This document shows positions 16,844 to 27,000 of a stretch of 64,000 nucleotides of DNA, one piece after another. The stretch covers positions 1 through 64,000 of the IMG/VR virus record IMGVR_UViG_3300010157_000056; one strand, given 5' to 3'. A program made the position numbers and the translations under genes. The notes under the pieces were generated by a model, which did no database searches, was not told the DNA's origin, and worked only from the letters and a program-made list of their open reading frames with translations. Source of the stretch: an uncultured virus (IMG/VR IMGVR_UViG_3300010157_000056). Its lineage: Duplodnaviria > Heunggongvirae > Uroviricota > Caudoviricetes. Position 1 is the stretch's first letter, and every line of letters starts with the position of its first letter.

Positions 16844-17248
16844 TTAAATTGGATGACTGCGCAAGAACTGCGGATATTGTTTATTGAAGTTACGCATGAT
16901 AACGCCTGCAATTTCGTGCGCTTGGTTTTCTTCTGGACTACCTGTAGCACCACTCTCGTCGTTTAACTCATCTCTAATATCCTGTCTATAGTGTACTAGT
17001 TCGTGAGCCACAGTTCTAAGTATATCCACAGGGTGGCGATTTGTAATAGCAACATGCAGAGTTTTTTCATTATTCACATACATACCAAAACTTGGTTGAC
17101 CATCTGTTTGTATTTCAGGTTCAAAACTCATCTTAGGCAAACTATCAATTTCTAATATTTCTATAGCCAGAGGCAGGAATTTTTTAAACATATCAACAAA
17201 TGTTTCTCGAGATTCTTTGCCTTCAATTAATAACTCTGTAATTTTCAT
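16844..17248 (-). CDS. Zinc metallopeptidase-like protein (HExxH)
   Basis: DILRTVAHELVH..Q, then E.QA; start reassigned to MKITELLIE (ATG 17248, ATGA overlap with the upstream gene). Confidence 0.8.
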   Translation of the reverse strand: MKITELLIEGKESRETFVDMFKKFLPLAIEILEIDSLPKMSFEPEIQTDGQPSFGMYVNNEKTLHVAITNRHPVDILRTVAHELVHYRQDIRDELNDESGATGSPEENQAHEIAGVIMRNFNKQYPQFLRSHPI

Positions 17249-18114
17249 GCGCCACTCCATGTTGCATATAAGCCAGAATTGTAATCTGTGTCGCCGTATA
17301 TGTTACTCATTTTAGTTTTAACATGGGCTTCTAATTCTTGTCCAGTTGTAGTAGGTTTTACATCAAAGGCAAAAAACTCTACGTTATCTCGACCTCGACC
17401 TCGACCAATATAATCGCCGCCTAGTTGTCCCATGATTGTATCAATGTTTTTATCAGCTGTTCGGGCTTCTTTATTTGGATCAATATCAACAGGGCCGTTA
17501 TCCGCCGGTGCTGCCCTAGGAGTTATTTCGTAATGCTCTAACCCAACATACCCTTTCATTTCAACACCAGGTATACTAGCAAGGCTAACCCAATTTCTAC
17601 GTCCACCAGGAGTTTGCGTATCACCAGCAACTAATGGCAGTTTCATTATAGTTAATACAATACCATACAATGCCTTAGCAATGCCTTGACCACGATAGTC
17701 TTCATCAACGGTGATTGTATCTACACCTACTGCATTAGACATTGGAAACCATTTAGCCGGTGCTATTGAAAGTTTGCCAATCAATTGTCCCGGAGTGTTT
17801 CCTGCTCGTTCTACGGACCACTTCCAATAGTCTAGTCTACCCTTAAACTTCCAATCTGGTTCTTTGGGTTTTCTAACAGGTTCTACAGTTGAATTAATAT
17901 AATCTTGACCTTTTGGATCCCAAATTTTTATTTCAGTACCGTACTGCCCGGGCCCAATTGTGTATACAAATCCGCTGCCACCGGGCAATGGTTGTGCAGG
18001 TTCGGCTTTAATGTTCCTGGGGTGATATAATGAACTTTTTCCTCCACGATATTCGCCAGCTGGAAGTTTTTCAATACCCTCTTGAGTTTCAGCTAATAGT
18101 TCTTTTATACGCAT
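17245..18114 (-). CDS. GNAT-fold protein with an MRIKELLAE leader
   Basis: VDTITVDEDYRGQGIAKALY...DTQTPGGRRNW; TAAATA box upstream. Confidence 0.75.
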   Translation of the reverse strand: MRIKELLAETQEGIEKLPAGEYRGGKSSLYHPRNIKAEPAQPLPGGSGFVYTIGPGQYGTEIKIWDPKGQDYINSTVEPVRKPKEPDWKFKGRLDYWKWSVERAGNTPGQLIGKLSIAPAKWFPMSNAVGVDTITVDEDYRGQGIAKALYGIVLTIMKLPLVAGDTQTPGGRRNWVSLASIPGVEMKGYVGLEHYEITPRAAPADNGPVDIDPNKEARTADKNIDTIMGQLGGDYIGRGRGRDNVEFFAFDVKPTTTGQELEAHVKTKMSNIYGDTDYNSGLYATWSGA

Positions 18115-18120
18115 CGTGTA

Positions 18121-18225
18121 TTTAGTGCCGGTGACTTTATCCGGCGCACACTAACGAGGTGCAGTTCAATTGCTCGGACGCCTAAGTGAGCAAGCTCACT
18201 TTGCCGCTACGTCTCGCGGTCCTAA
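18121..18225 (-). ncRNA. Candidate structured RNA element
   Basis: GC-rich intergenic stretch with stems GGAC/GUCC, CCGC/GCGG, AAGUGAGC/GCUCACUU and UUAGU..GCCGG/CCGGC.ACUAA. Confidence 0.45.
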
Positions 18226-18285
18226 GTGGATTCTTCTTCTGGGTACGGAATACCCATTTGTTCTAGTCCAAATCTACTTAACCCT

Positions 18286-18372
18286 TCATACAGGGCTGTA
18301 AGGATTGCGAGGACGGTCGGTCCCATCATCTTCTGGATAGACTGGATATTCATTGGGGTTAGTCTGCTGCAT
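18286..18372 (-). CDS. Possible 28-aa peptide MQQTNPNEYPVYPEDDGTDRPRNPYSPV (an overlapping 43-aa ORF at 18222-18353 is the alternative)
   Basis: The ATG overlaps the nuclease 3' end; two overlapping short ORFs fill the gap. Confidence 0.35.
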   Translation of the reverse strand: MQQTNPNEYPVYPEDDGTDRPRNPYSPV

Positions 18373-19180
18373 TTGCACCACACTTTGCACGTTTTGCTTT
18401 AGTTAAATCACCGTAGTTCACAGGCCATTCTGCACCAGGTGCTAGTTCCTGCGCCTTAGTAGGGAAAGCAAATTTAACTCCAGCAACTTGTTCTATCTGT
18501 GCAATAGGTAAACGGAACTTAGTCAAGTCGTTTCCTAGATTAACATACGGCTTAGTGTGTGGAAATGCCCAACCAGCCATTGCTCCTGTATTGTTATTAA
18601 TAACAATCTTGTAGTAACCATGCGGAACAATAATACCTTTACCAATAGTTTCATCTCCGGCGCCGTATACTGCACCTACATAGATTGTAAATTATTGATT
18701 CAACTGAACAGACCATCCGCGTACACTAGTTTCAAGTAGTTTCCAAATACCACGATTTAATGATCCGTGTTGTGGATACATATTGGTCATTAGAAACGAT
18801 TCGTATTCAACCTGCTGTGTCCAGGATAGATCACCATCCGGTGCTGCGTGTCCTTTGTCGTAGCCAGTACCTGCGTAGTCGTCTGGTCTTGCACCTGTAC
18901 TACCTAATGACTGATCTGCTACGAATGCATTAGTGCGTGGAAAACAACCAAGTGCATTTTGTGGTAGTAATGTGTATGCAACATATACAGGGATCTTAAC
19001 AGGAGCATCATATGCAACTAGATATGCTTCGCGGCAGATTGGTTGTGCTGTTCGCTGTGTTTGTGCAAAGCCATATGGGCTATGTACCTTACATGCGTCA
19101 ACCGGAAGTGGGAGGCGTTGTTCCCACGCTTGTGCTAGACCTACAAAGGTAAGTAGCACAAGAGCAAATAGTTTTTTCAT
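18359..19180 (-). pseudogene. Secreted DNA/RNA non-specific endonuclease (NucA/Serratia type) with one in-frame TAA
   Basis: Signal peptide; YDKGHAAP active site; SFLMTNMYPQ..LNRGIWK.LE. The frame continues past TAA (18692-18694) into FTIYVG...VPHGYYKIV and joins the 18359-18580 ORF. Confidence 0.85.
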
Positions 19181-19207
19181 AGTAGTCCTTAAATTAACTA
19201 CTGTTAT

Positions 19208-19906
19208 TTATATCATCTGATGCATCTTTGATTTATGTACTGCAACATAGTTAGGGCCAATAAACGTTTCATCAGTTAGGATATAATCCTTAAATTTAAC
19301 TCCCTCAGTAGTAAGCAATCCAATATGAAACCCTAAAGGTGTTAGCATTTTATAAGCATCAATTAACAACCATCTGCTTAATACATTTGCAAATCCATAT
19401 TCAAATTGAATAACACCTACCTTATTACTTGCTAATGTTTCAGTAAATCCTTCTAGCACTAGACCTTCTGCTCCCTCAACATCTACTTTTAAAAAATCAA
19501 TGTAGTTTATATTTCTACTTGCTACATACTGATCGCCTGTAACAATAAAGCACTCTCGAGTTTCAACCGGTCCTATATTGAGACCTTCAAAATACGAACT
19601 AACTGCATCAAACTCAACACTATATTGCATCTTCATCATGCCTTGTCTGTTTGATAATCCAAATCCATTAGGAATTATTTTATTATCAATGTCGACATTT
19701 GCTAGAAACTTTCTGTATACTTCTGGTATAATTTCAAATGTATGTATTTCTGCGTTAGGATTATGTTCTCTGGCCATTAAACACCATTCACCCATATTAC
19801 TACCAGCATCAATTATAGTAGATAGTTTATTTGATAGATGACGCAATAGCCCTTCTTCACCGTGGCGGGCAAATTCAGCCCTAGCGTGTTCTTTATTGTA
19901 TGCCAT
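19208..19906 (-). CDS. FkbM-family SAM-dependent methyltransferase
   Basis: IIDAGSNMGEW, HTFE, IDFLKVDVEGAE..VL.G, IQFEY. Confidence 0.9.
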   Translation of the reverse strand: MAYNKEHARAEFARHGEEGLLRHLSNKLSTIIDAGSNMGEWCLMAREHNPNAEIHTFEIIPEVYRKFLANVDIDNKIIPNGFGLSNRQGMMKMQYSVEFDAVSSYFEGLNIGPVETRECFIVTGDQYVASRNINYIDFLKVDVEGAEGLVLEGFTETLASNKVGVIQFEYGFANVLSRWLLIDAYKMLTPLGFHIGLLTTEGVKFKDYILTDETFIGPNYVAVHKSKMHQMI

Positions 19907-22900
19907 TATCTTTGTACAAAATAATAGTCACCATCAGGTCCGTTATCGCAGAATAATCCTAAACAATTAAACCCTATCTGATCCATATATGCTATAACAG
20001 TATCTCGAAGTGGTGCACCTTTGTTATATTCAATTACTTGCAATTCAAGGATAACATGTTTAGCAGTTTTTAATATTTCTTCTGCACCTTTAAGAACATC
20101 TAATTCTGCACCCTGCACATCCATTTTAATTAGATCGGGTTTAGGAAATGCTTTTAGTCTAGCCACAGTATCCAATGTTACAGTATTCAATGATCGTTTA
20201 TGTGATTCGTTAAAATACTCCAAGGCATCAATTTTAATTTCTGGATTTTCTACATAATAACTATTTCCACCGGGCCAATAATTATTCTGATAGAAATCTA
20301 CAGACTTACCAGTAACATCACTGAGAACACCAATGTGATATTTTATACCTCGTTCTTTGTATATAGATTCAACTTCTGCCATTGCATCAAACGCTACATA
20401 TTCAGCATCGGGCCATAGTTTACTTGCCTCGGTGGTCCAACTAAGAACACATGCACCTATATCATATACAACCTTAGGTTCAACACCCGATGCTTTTAAC
20501 TTAGCCAAATAATCTAGATGAATTGTAGGTATCAGTGGTTGTGTGCTTAGATTTTTTAAATGGGTTGCAACATCAACAGTTTCCATAGTTTCAATTGCTT
20601 GTATGCCAGCATCAACTTCAAATGTAAAACTACCAATATGTTTGCAAAGTATCGATGGGTCTGCCCATATTTTAAATCCTTTGTTCTTTGCCTTAGCGCA
20701 GAAATCAACATCTTCAGAAACGGTGTTGTTATGATCAATGGCGCTGTGATATTTAAACTGAGGATATCCTATTTCTCTCATTACTTCAGATTTAACTAAT
20801 ACACATCCAAAACCACAACCCGCAACTTCCACAATAGATCTACCTTTCAATTTTGCATAAGGCATTTGAGTAACACCGCCGTTAGGAGTAGGTTCGTAAA
20901 TCTCAAGTGTATGTTGCCCTGGCTTTCTTTGTATATAAAGACCTGATACTATATCCTTGTCGTGTTCCAATAACTTTTTCAGTGTATTTGTAGGGAAAGC
21001 AATATCGCTATCTACACTAAACAAATAATCAAATCCTTTAACAACCCAATCAGCAATTAAATTACGAACCTGATCTACATTATATCCAAAGAACGCTTGA
21101 AAAGTTGTTTCATATCCGTCCGGAACTTCAAGATCGTATATTGATTTAAAAGTATCTGCTTCAATATTTTTTGCTGTAGGAATAGCAATTAATATTCGTT
21201 TCTTAGCAACTGGTTGGGTGATTGTTTTTTCAGGCATTATAGTTAAGTTACTTTTTATTTTGTCGTATATTATACGTTCTCTTTCTAAAAATCCGCTAGT
21301 AATAGACAAATCTGATGTAGTGGATGCAAATGGTGTAAAGTGATCCATATTGGTAATGAGGTAATTCTTTCTACCTTTGCTAAGTTGTACATCAAATATA
21401 AAATTATCACCAAAGTAAATCTCGAGACCCTCGGGGATATCTACCCATGCACTCTTATGCATAAACATAAGGCAACCAAATCCATATGTATGTTGATTGG
21501 TCCAGGGTACTATGTTAATAGTTTTATCAGTTACTGGTATTTGATGGAAAAATGATTCACCTGGACATAATCCAAATACTCCATTATCTTTAGTTATTAA
21601 ATCTTGCAATTGTTCAAACACAGCAGTATCAAATGTTACATCATCGTTAGCAATACAAATTTTATTATTACGTGCTGTGCTAACTCCTAAATTCCAAGCA
21701 GGATTAACATATATATTCTGTTTAAAATTTATCAATTTAATTTTATCATGTGCTAGTATACTAGCAGGCGGTGTTTTCATAACATCGTTGTTGATAATAA
21801 TAATTTCATCTACTAATGGATACTCACATAGTACTTTTAAAAAATTAACAAATTGATCTGTTACTTTCCACATAGTAGGAACTACCACAGAAAATTTTTC
21901 AGGATTACCTTTAACAATCTGTCTAGCATTACGAGTTTGTTCTTGAGCATTAACTTTGTAATCATTTAACGGGCTAGCATCGTTATAGTTATAAACAATA
22001 TCTTGCAAACATTTTACCTTGGATGGATCTGCTGCTTCTATTAATGCATAGAATACACTACCATCACCACCGGCTTTGTACCATTGCCCCTGTGCATCTT
22101 TAAATGCTGAGTCATCTATGTTGTTAAGCAGTGACTTCTTAAATGTGCGTAAATGTGTATATGGTAGGATCCAATTGAAATGATGATTCCTGTATGATTT
22201 ACGTTTTTTTACATCTTCAGGATAAGGTTGACTAATTAAAGGAATGTTGTCAACCATACTCCAACATGACCCATATGTAAACTCAGTGGATCCATTATAG
22301 ATATTATTATAATATGCAAGTATATTATTGTCGTTAATCAAACTATCATCGCCATCTAGTAACATAACAATAGTATCATCAGCAATCATTGCTCTAATGT
22401 TTTGTATTTGGTTCTTAACTGCACCTACATTTTCTGAGTTAGAAATAACTAGAAATTTATTTCTAACATCCATTGGTAAATCTGCCAGTGTTGCATTAAT
22501 AACTTCAAACGTGTTATCAGTACTAGCATCATCTATTAAAATATGTAGATAGTTGTTGTAGTCCTGTGATGCTACGCTGTTAATACATCTCGCAATATAA
22601 TTAGCACAGTTATAGAATGGGCTAATGATAGCAATGTTTTGTTCATTGCCTGTTTTATAGTTTTCCAACTCTACGCTGTTATGGAACTTACGATTCCATA
22701 CTTTATGCACTCTACGATTGATATCTGAAACTTTACGATATTCTGCTCTGCTTAGATATTTGCCCAAGCGTTTAGTCATCAACTGTTTCCATTGCAATGC
22801 TACAGTATCCCAACCTGCAAGGTCTTTGACAATATTGCAATAGTATTGTTTTTGTTGATGTAAATATTTGTTGTGATATGCTTGTACAGTCATAGCAACA

Positions 22901-23964
22901 AATTTATCTACCTGTTCTGCATTATTAATATCAGGGAACAATCCGTTGGATTCAATAGCATAGTCAATAGTATAGCAAGCACCTGGCAATGCAATTTCTT
23001 CCAATGCACCAAACTTACAAGTAATAATAGGAGTATTGTACAGCAACGACTCTAATGCAGATATACCAAAAGTTTCAGGAAATGCTGATGGATATAACAT
23101 ATAACTAGCATCGGTTAAAATGTCAGCAACTTCTTTTTGTGCAATAACTCCAGTATACTCAATACCAAGAGCAGCATTGCGTGGATCAGTACTCATCTCA
23201 CGCCAGTTCTTTTCCTGCTCATCCATCGCGGACTTGGTACTGAACACATAGTAACCACCAATAATTTTTAATTTTGCTTGAGGTAGTTGTTGTTTAACTC
23301 TGGGCCAAATTAATTTAACTAATGGAATCATACCTTTAGTCACACTTGCATTGTAGACAAACAAGTTAGGATCCTTAGCTTTGATATCAACCTCGGTTTT
23401 GTAATTACGAGCTCCATTGCGTGTAATGAACATCTTATTTTTCAAGACTTCGAAGTTACGTCTACGTCCGTGATTGCAATTAGTAACATAGGTCAAGTGG
23501 AAATCACTGAGTGTAAAGATGTCAGTGATTCTATTGGCCACTGCTAGTTCTTCAATTAAATTATCACCTAAGCAGAATGTATCGTGCATCCATAGCACAC
23601 GCATAGTTGCTTTACTTAAGATCCTATTATAGAGATCCATATTTTGGAATGGCATTGCTCTGTGGTCACCTAGTTTAGGATAGTCACTAGGTGCAGTGAA
23701 TGGTATTACCGTTCTACTGCTAATAACAATATCAAAGTAGTGATTGTTGTTTAGCTCGTTTAGTGGGAGATATCTAACATTGTTGTATATACCAGGGCTG
23801 GTGTGATCAACATTACAATCATTAAAGACTGTAACATCAAATCCAATAGCAGCAAGTTCCTGCGCCATTAGTATAACAGCACTTTCGCTGCCGCCCAAAC
23901 CTTGTTTAGTTAGTGTACTACCATCGTATGGTATACCGATAATATCTATAATAGCAAGTTTCAT
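19906..23964 (-). CDS. Multidomain glycosyltransferase: GT-B (GT4-like), three GT-A (GT2-like) domains and an FkbM methyltransferase
   Basis: GLGGSES...YPSAFPETFGISALES (GT-B); IISPFYN..IDDASTD..LDGDD; FSVVVPTMWK..NPAWNLG..ANDD; ILIAIPT..VDSD..GCGFGCVL..SEDVDFC; VYDIGA..LIKMDVQGAELDVLKG. Confidence 0.88.
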   Translation of the reverse strand: MKLAIIDIIGIPYDGSTLTKQGLGGSESAVILMAQELAAIGFDVTVFNDCNVDHTSPGIYNNVRYLPLNELNNNHYFDIVISSRTVIPFTAPSDYPKLGDHRAMPFQNMDLYNRILSKATMRVLWMHDTFCLGDNLIEELAVANRITDIFTLSDFHLTYVTNCNHGRRRNFEVLKNKMFITRNGARNYKTEVDIKAKDPNLFVYNASVTKGMIPLVKLIWPRVKQQLPQAKLKIIGGYYVFSTKSAMDEQEKNWREMSTDPRNAALGIEYTGVIAQKEVADILTDASYMLYPSAFPETFGISALESLLYNTPIITCKFGALEEIALPGACYTIDYAIESNGLFPDINNAEQVDKFVAMTVQAYHNKYLHQQKQYYCNIVKDLAGWDTVALQWKQLMTKRLGKYLSRAEYRKVSDINRRVHKVWNRKFHNSVELENYKTGNEQNIAIISPFYNCANYIARCINSVASQDYNNYLHILIDDASTDNTFEVINATLADLPMDVRNKFLVISNSENVGAVKNQIQNIRAMIADDTIVMLLDGDDSLINDNNILAYYNNIYNGSTEFTYGSCWSMVDNIPLISQPYPEDVKKRKSYRNHHFNWILPYTHLRTFKKSLLNNIDDSAFKDAQGQWYKAGGDGSVFYALIEAADPSKVKCLQDIVYNYNDASPLNDYKVNAQEQTRNARQIVKGNPEKFSVVVPTMWKVTDQFVNFLKVLCEYPLVDEIIIINNDVMKTPPASILAHDKIKLINFKQNIYVNPAWNLGVSTARNNKICIANDDVTFDTAVFEQLQDLITKDNGVFGLCPGESFFHQIPVTDKTINIVPWTNQHTYGFGCLMFMHKSAWVDIPEGLEIYFGDNFIFDVQLSKGRKNYLITNMDHFTPFASTTSDLSITSGFLERERIIYDKIKSNLTIMPEKTITQPVAKKRILIAIPTAKNIEADTFKSIYDLEVPDGYETTFQAFFGYNVDQVRNLIADWVVKGFDYLFSVDSDIAFPTNTLKKLLEHDKDIVSGLYIQRKPGQHTLEIYEPTPNGGVTQMPYAKLKGRSIVEVAGCGFGCVLVKSEVMREIGYPQFKYHSAIDHNNTVSEDVDFCAKAKNKGFKIWADPSILCKHIGSFTFEVDAGIQAIETMETVDVATHLKNLSTQPLIPTIHLDYLAKLKASGVEPKVVYDIGACVLSWTTEASKLWPDAEYVAFDAMAEVESIYKERGIKYHIGVLSDVTGKSVDFYQNNYWPGGNSYYVENPEIKIDALEYFNESHKRSLNTVTLDTVARLKAFPKPDLIKMDVQGAELDVLKGAEEILKTAKHVILELQVIEYNKGAPLRDTVIAYMDQIGFNCLGLFCDNGPDGDYYFVQR

Positions 23965-23973
23965 ATGCTATTA

Positions 23974-24001
23974 ATTATATACTCTTTGATCAGTGTGTCA
24001 A
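23974..24001 (-). promoter_or_regulatory. sigma70-type promoter for the glycosyltransferase operon
   Basis: TTGACA-16 nt-TATAAT, with the -10 box 9 nt upstream of the ATG. Confidence 0.7.
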
Positions 24002-24011
24002 CAATCTTGGT

Positions 24012-27000
24012 TTAACGAAGTAGTAATGTTTGTGTAGGTGGAGTAAATGCTGCTGTATAACGTGCTACACCTTTGGTAATTCTAAAATCATCAATGTAGC
24101 CAGCAAAATATTCTGCTGAATAAGTTGGATAATCTCTTCCTAATACAGCGTAATTTGATGCTATAAAATAAGTAGCAGTTCCTTGTCCATCTAACACGCC
24201 ATTAAGGTATAACTTAACATTATTTGTTGCAGAGTCGCTGCGCACTAATGCAATGTGATACCAAGTATTTACTACTAAGGTAGTAGCGCAAGTTATCATA
24301 CCTGTTTTGGTACCAGCACCCGTCCCGCCACTATTTGATCCGCCTAACCAAAATTGCAATTTTGAACCTGATCCAATTCTAACTAAATTACTATCTGGAT
24401 CCGTCGACCCTATACCAAATATTCCATTTGACACTACAGTGGTTGGATAAATCCAGCATTCCATAGTAAAGTCTCCTGATCCTAAGTTATATGCGCTAGA
24501 TGATGGCATTAACAAATAATCAGTGCTACCATTAAAATACATACTGCGAGGATTATAATTAGTAGCGGTTGATGATAATTTTGCCGATCCTACAGCAACA
24601 ACATCGTTATTCATTGTTGCATCATATATACCGGCATCATTAAATTTCAATAATAAACTTGTACTAGTAGTTGTATTTATTGTACCTACAGGAGCAGCAG
24701 GTGGAGTGAATGCTGCGGTATATAGTGCGGTTCCTCTTACTATTCTCATGTTAGACATATATCCAGTATAGTATGTCCCGTCTCCTCCAATCCTTGCTCC
24801 TATTCCTGTATAATTATTGGTATCTGTAGCAGTTACCACTAATGAACCATTTATATATCCAAATGTTTGATTAGCCGATGTACTAACTCTTGACACAGCA
24901 AGATGGAACCACTGATTTAATGGAATATTTGCTAAAGTACAGAAGAAGAATGAAGGATTTCCATAAATTCCCCAACATAACCCACTTGCTTGCGTAATAA
25001 CATTGAATGAACCTGCGCCACTGGTTGCATATAATATAATTTGATTATTTGCATTGGATGGCATATATAGCCATGCTTCCCATGTAAATGCACTTGTACC
25101 AAAATTAACAATAGATCCACTGGTATTGCTCAAATAACTACTGCCATTAAAATAAGCACTGCCGCCAATCAATGTTGTATTATATGCTCCGAGATTGTTG
25201 AATGGTGAGAAACGTTGTACACTTGGTGTACCACCTACGGTAAAAGTAGAAGTTGTACCACTTTTATCCATAAATCTATTGCTAGCAGCAGTTAACAATA
25301 CTGTATTAGTTACCATAGGTAACGGTGCAGTAGCAGGGGTAAAGTTATTGGTATATACCGCTGTTCCTATTAGTCTAATATTACTCATGTAACCATTCCA
25401 TAAATACCCGCCGGCCGGATTAGCACCTATAGTAACTCCTCCCGTATTACCAACAGTTCCTGAAATTGTATTAGTTCCTACAGAAATACCGTTAACATAA
25501 CCAGTTACAGTTGTACCAACTCTAACCCAAGCAACATGAGTCCATGCATTTAATGGAACAGAAGTAGAAGTGCCCCAGGTAAAATTTGCACCGCCATACT
25601 GATTGGACCAAAGTTGCCCACCACTACCAGTTAATGTAAAATAGTATCTACCTGTTGTTTCACTACCTATAGTAAAAAATGCCGAAGTACTCCCGTATGC
25701 TGATACATATACCCAAGACTCAAAAGTAAAGTTTCCAGTGAATGCAAAAGCAGAATTACTAGGTATAGACAAATAACTACTACCATTAAAGTAATTACTC
25801 CAATTTTGTCCAAACGGTGAGAATGATCCCTGTGTTGGAGTACCAACAGTAGATGTAATAGTTAATGTATTAACACTCGAATCTATGAATGATGTATTTG
25901 TTAAATTATATGCTTGTAACTCAATAGATCCTGAAGTTGTCCAAGAATAGTATACATACCCACTAGTAGTAACGATTGTAGGAGAACCTGTTGTGCTAGC
26001 AACACTATAATTAGAAGGATGTCTAATAATAACCGTACCTGATCCTCCTGGCATTTGAAGTGCACCACCACCACCAGTTGCAGTCATAGCAGACCTAGGA
26101 ACTCCAGCGCCACCGCCCCATAGGCCGTTACTTGAAAATCCACCACCACCACCGAGTGCATACTGACCAGAATTATTACCAGCAGATCCATTTTTAGCAC
26201 CTGCACCACCGCTGGCAAAGTATCCACTTTCACCATATGCTGAAAAGTTTGCAACATATAAACCAGCGCCTGGATTTGCGTTTCCAAGTGCAGCACCACC
26301 TGCACCACCACCACCACCACCACCCGGTTGAGTTGAAGTTTGTCCAGCGTAGCCGGCATTGCCAAATCCACCACTTGGACTTAGTGGTTGCACACCAAGT
26401 CCTCCGGCGCCACCTGTAGTAGTCCCACCACCACCACCACCGGACCCTCCATACCCGCCTGCTGTATCTTTTGTTCCACCATAGCCGCCGCCCAATGCAA
26501 TCACTGAAGTTATTGTAGTTGATGTTATAGAAGAATTATTTCCAGATGTTCCGTTTGAATTAAGGGCACCACCCAATCCTCCTGCACCTATCTGTATGGT
26601 ATATATGGCATTATTAGTTAAGATAGTTGAAGTGGTTACCAACCCACCTGCACCGCCGCCACCTGTATAATCATTATTTGTATTAGCACCTGTGCCGCCC
26701 CCTCCACCACCACCTACTACCAAGTAATCTACAGATATAGATACTGGTTGTAAAGTGTTTCCAGTTAATAACAACGAATTAGATTTAAAATATGGATCGG
26801 ATTGTTTTGTAAGTGGAGCAGTATATGCAGGATTTGGATAACTGATAATAACAATACCGGACCCACCGGCGCCGCTTTGTCCACTACCAAAATTTCCACC
26901 ACCTCCCCCACCCCCACCAGTATTGCTAGTACCATCTACTGATACTGATGTGGTATTAACTGCACCTTTTCCACCACCTCCAACTCCACCAGCACCCCAC

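Noticed and set aside
18121..18185. HDV-like ribozyme
   Set aside because: A short P1 and a P3 can be drawn, but there is no P2 partner after the putative catalytic C
18692..18694. Stop-codon reassignment (alternative genetic code)
   Set aside because: TAA is the usual terminator for genes across the window, and long ORFs read through normally under the standard code
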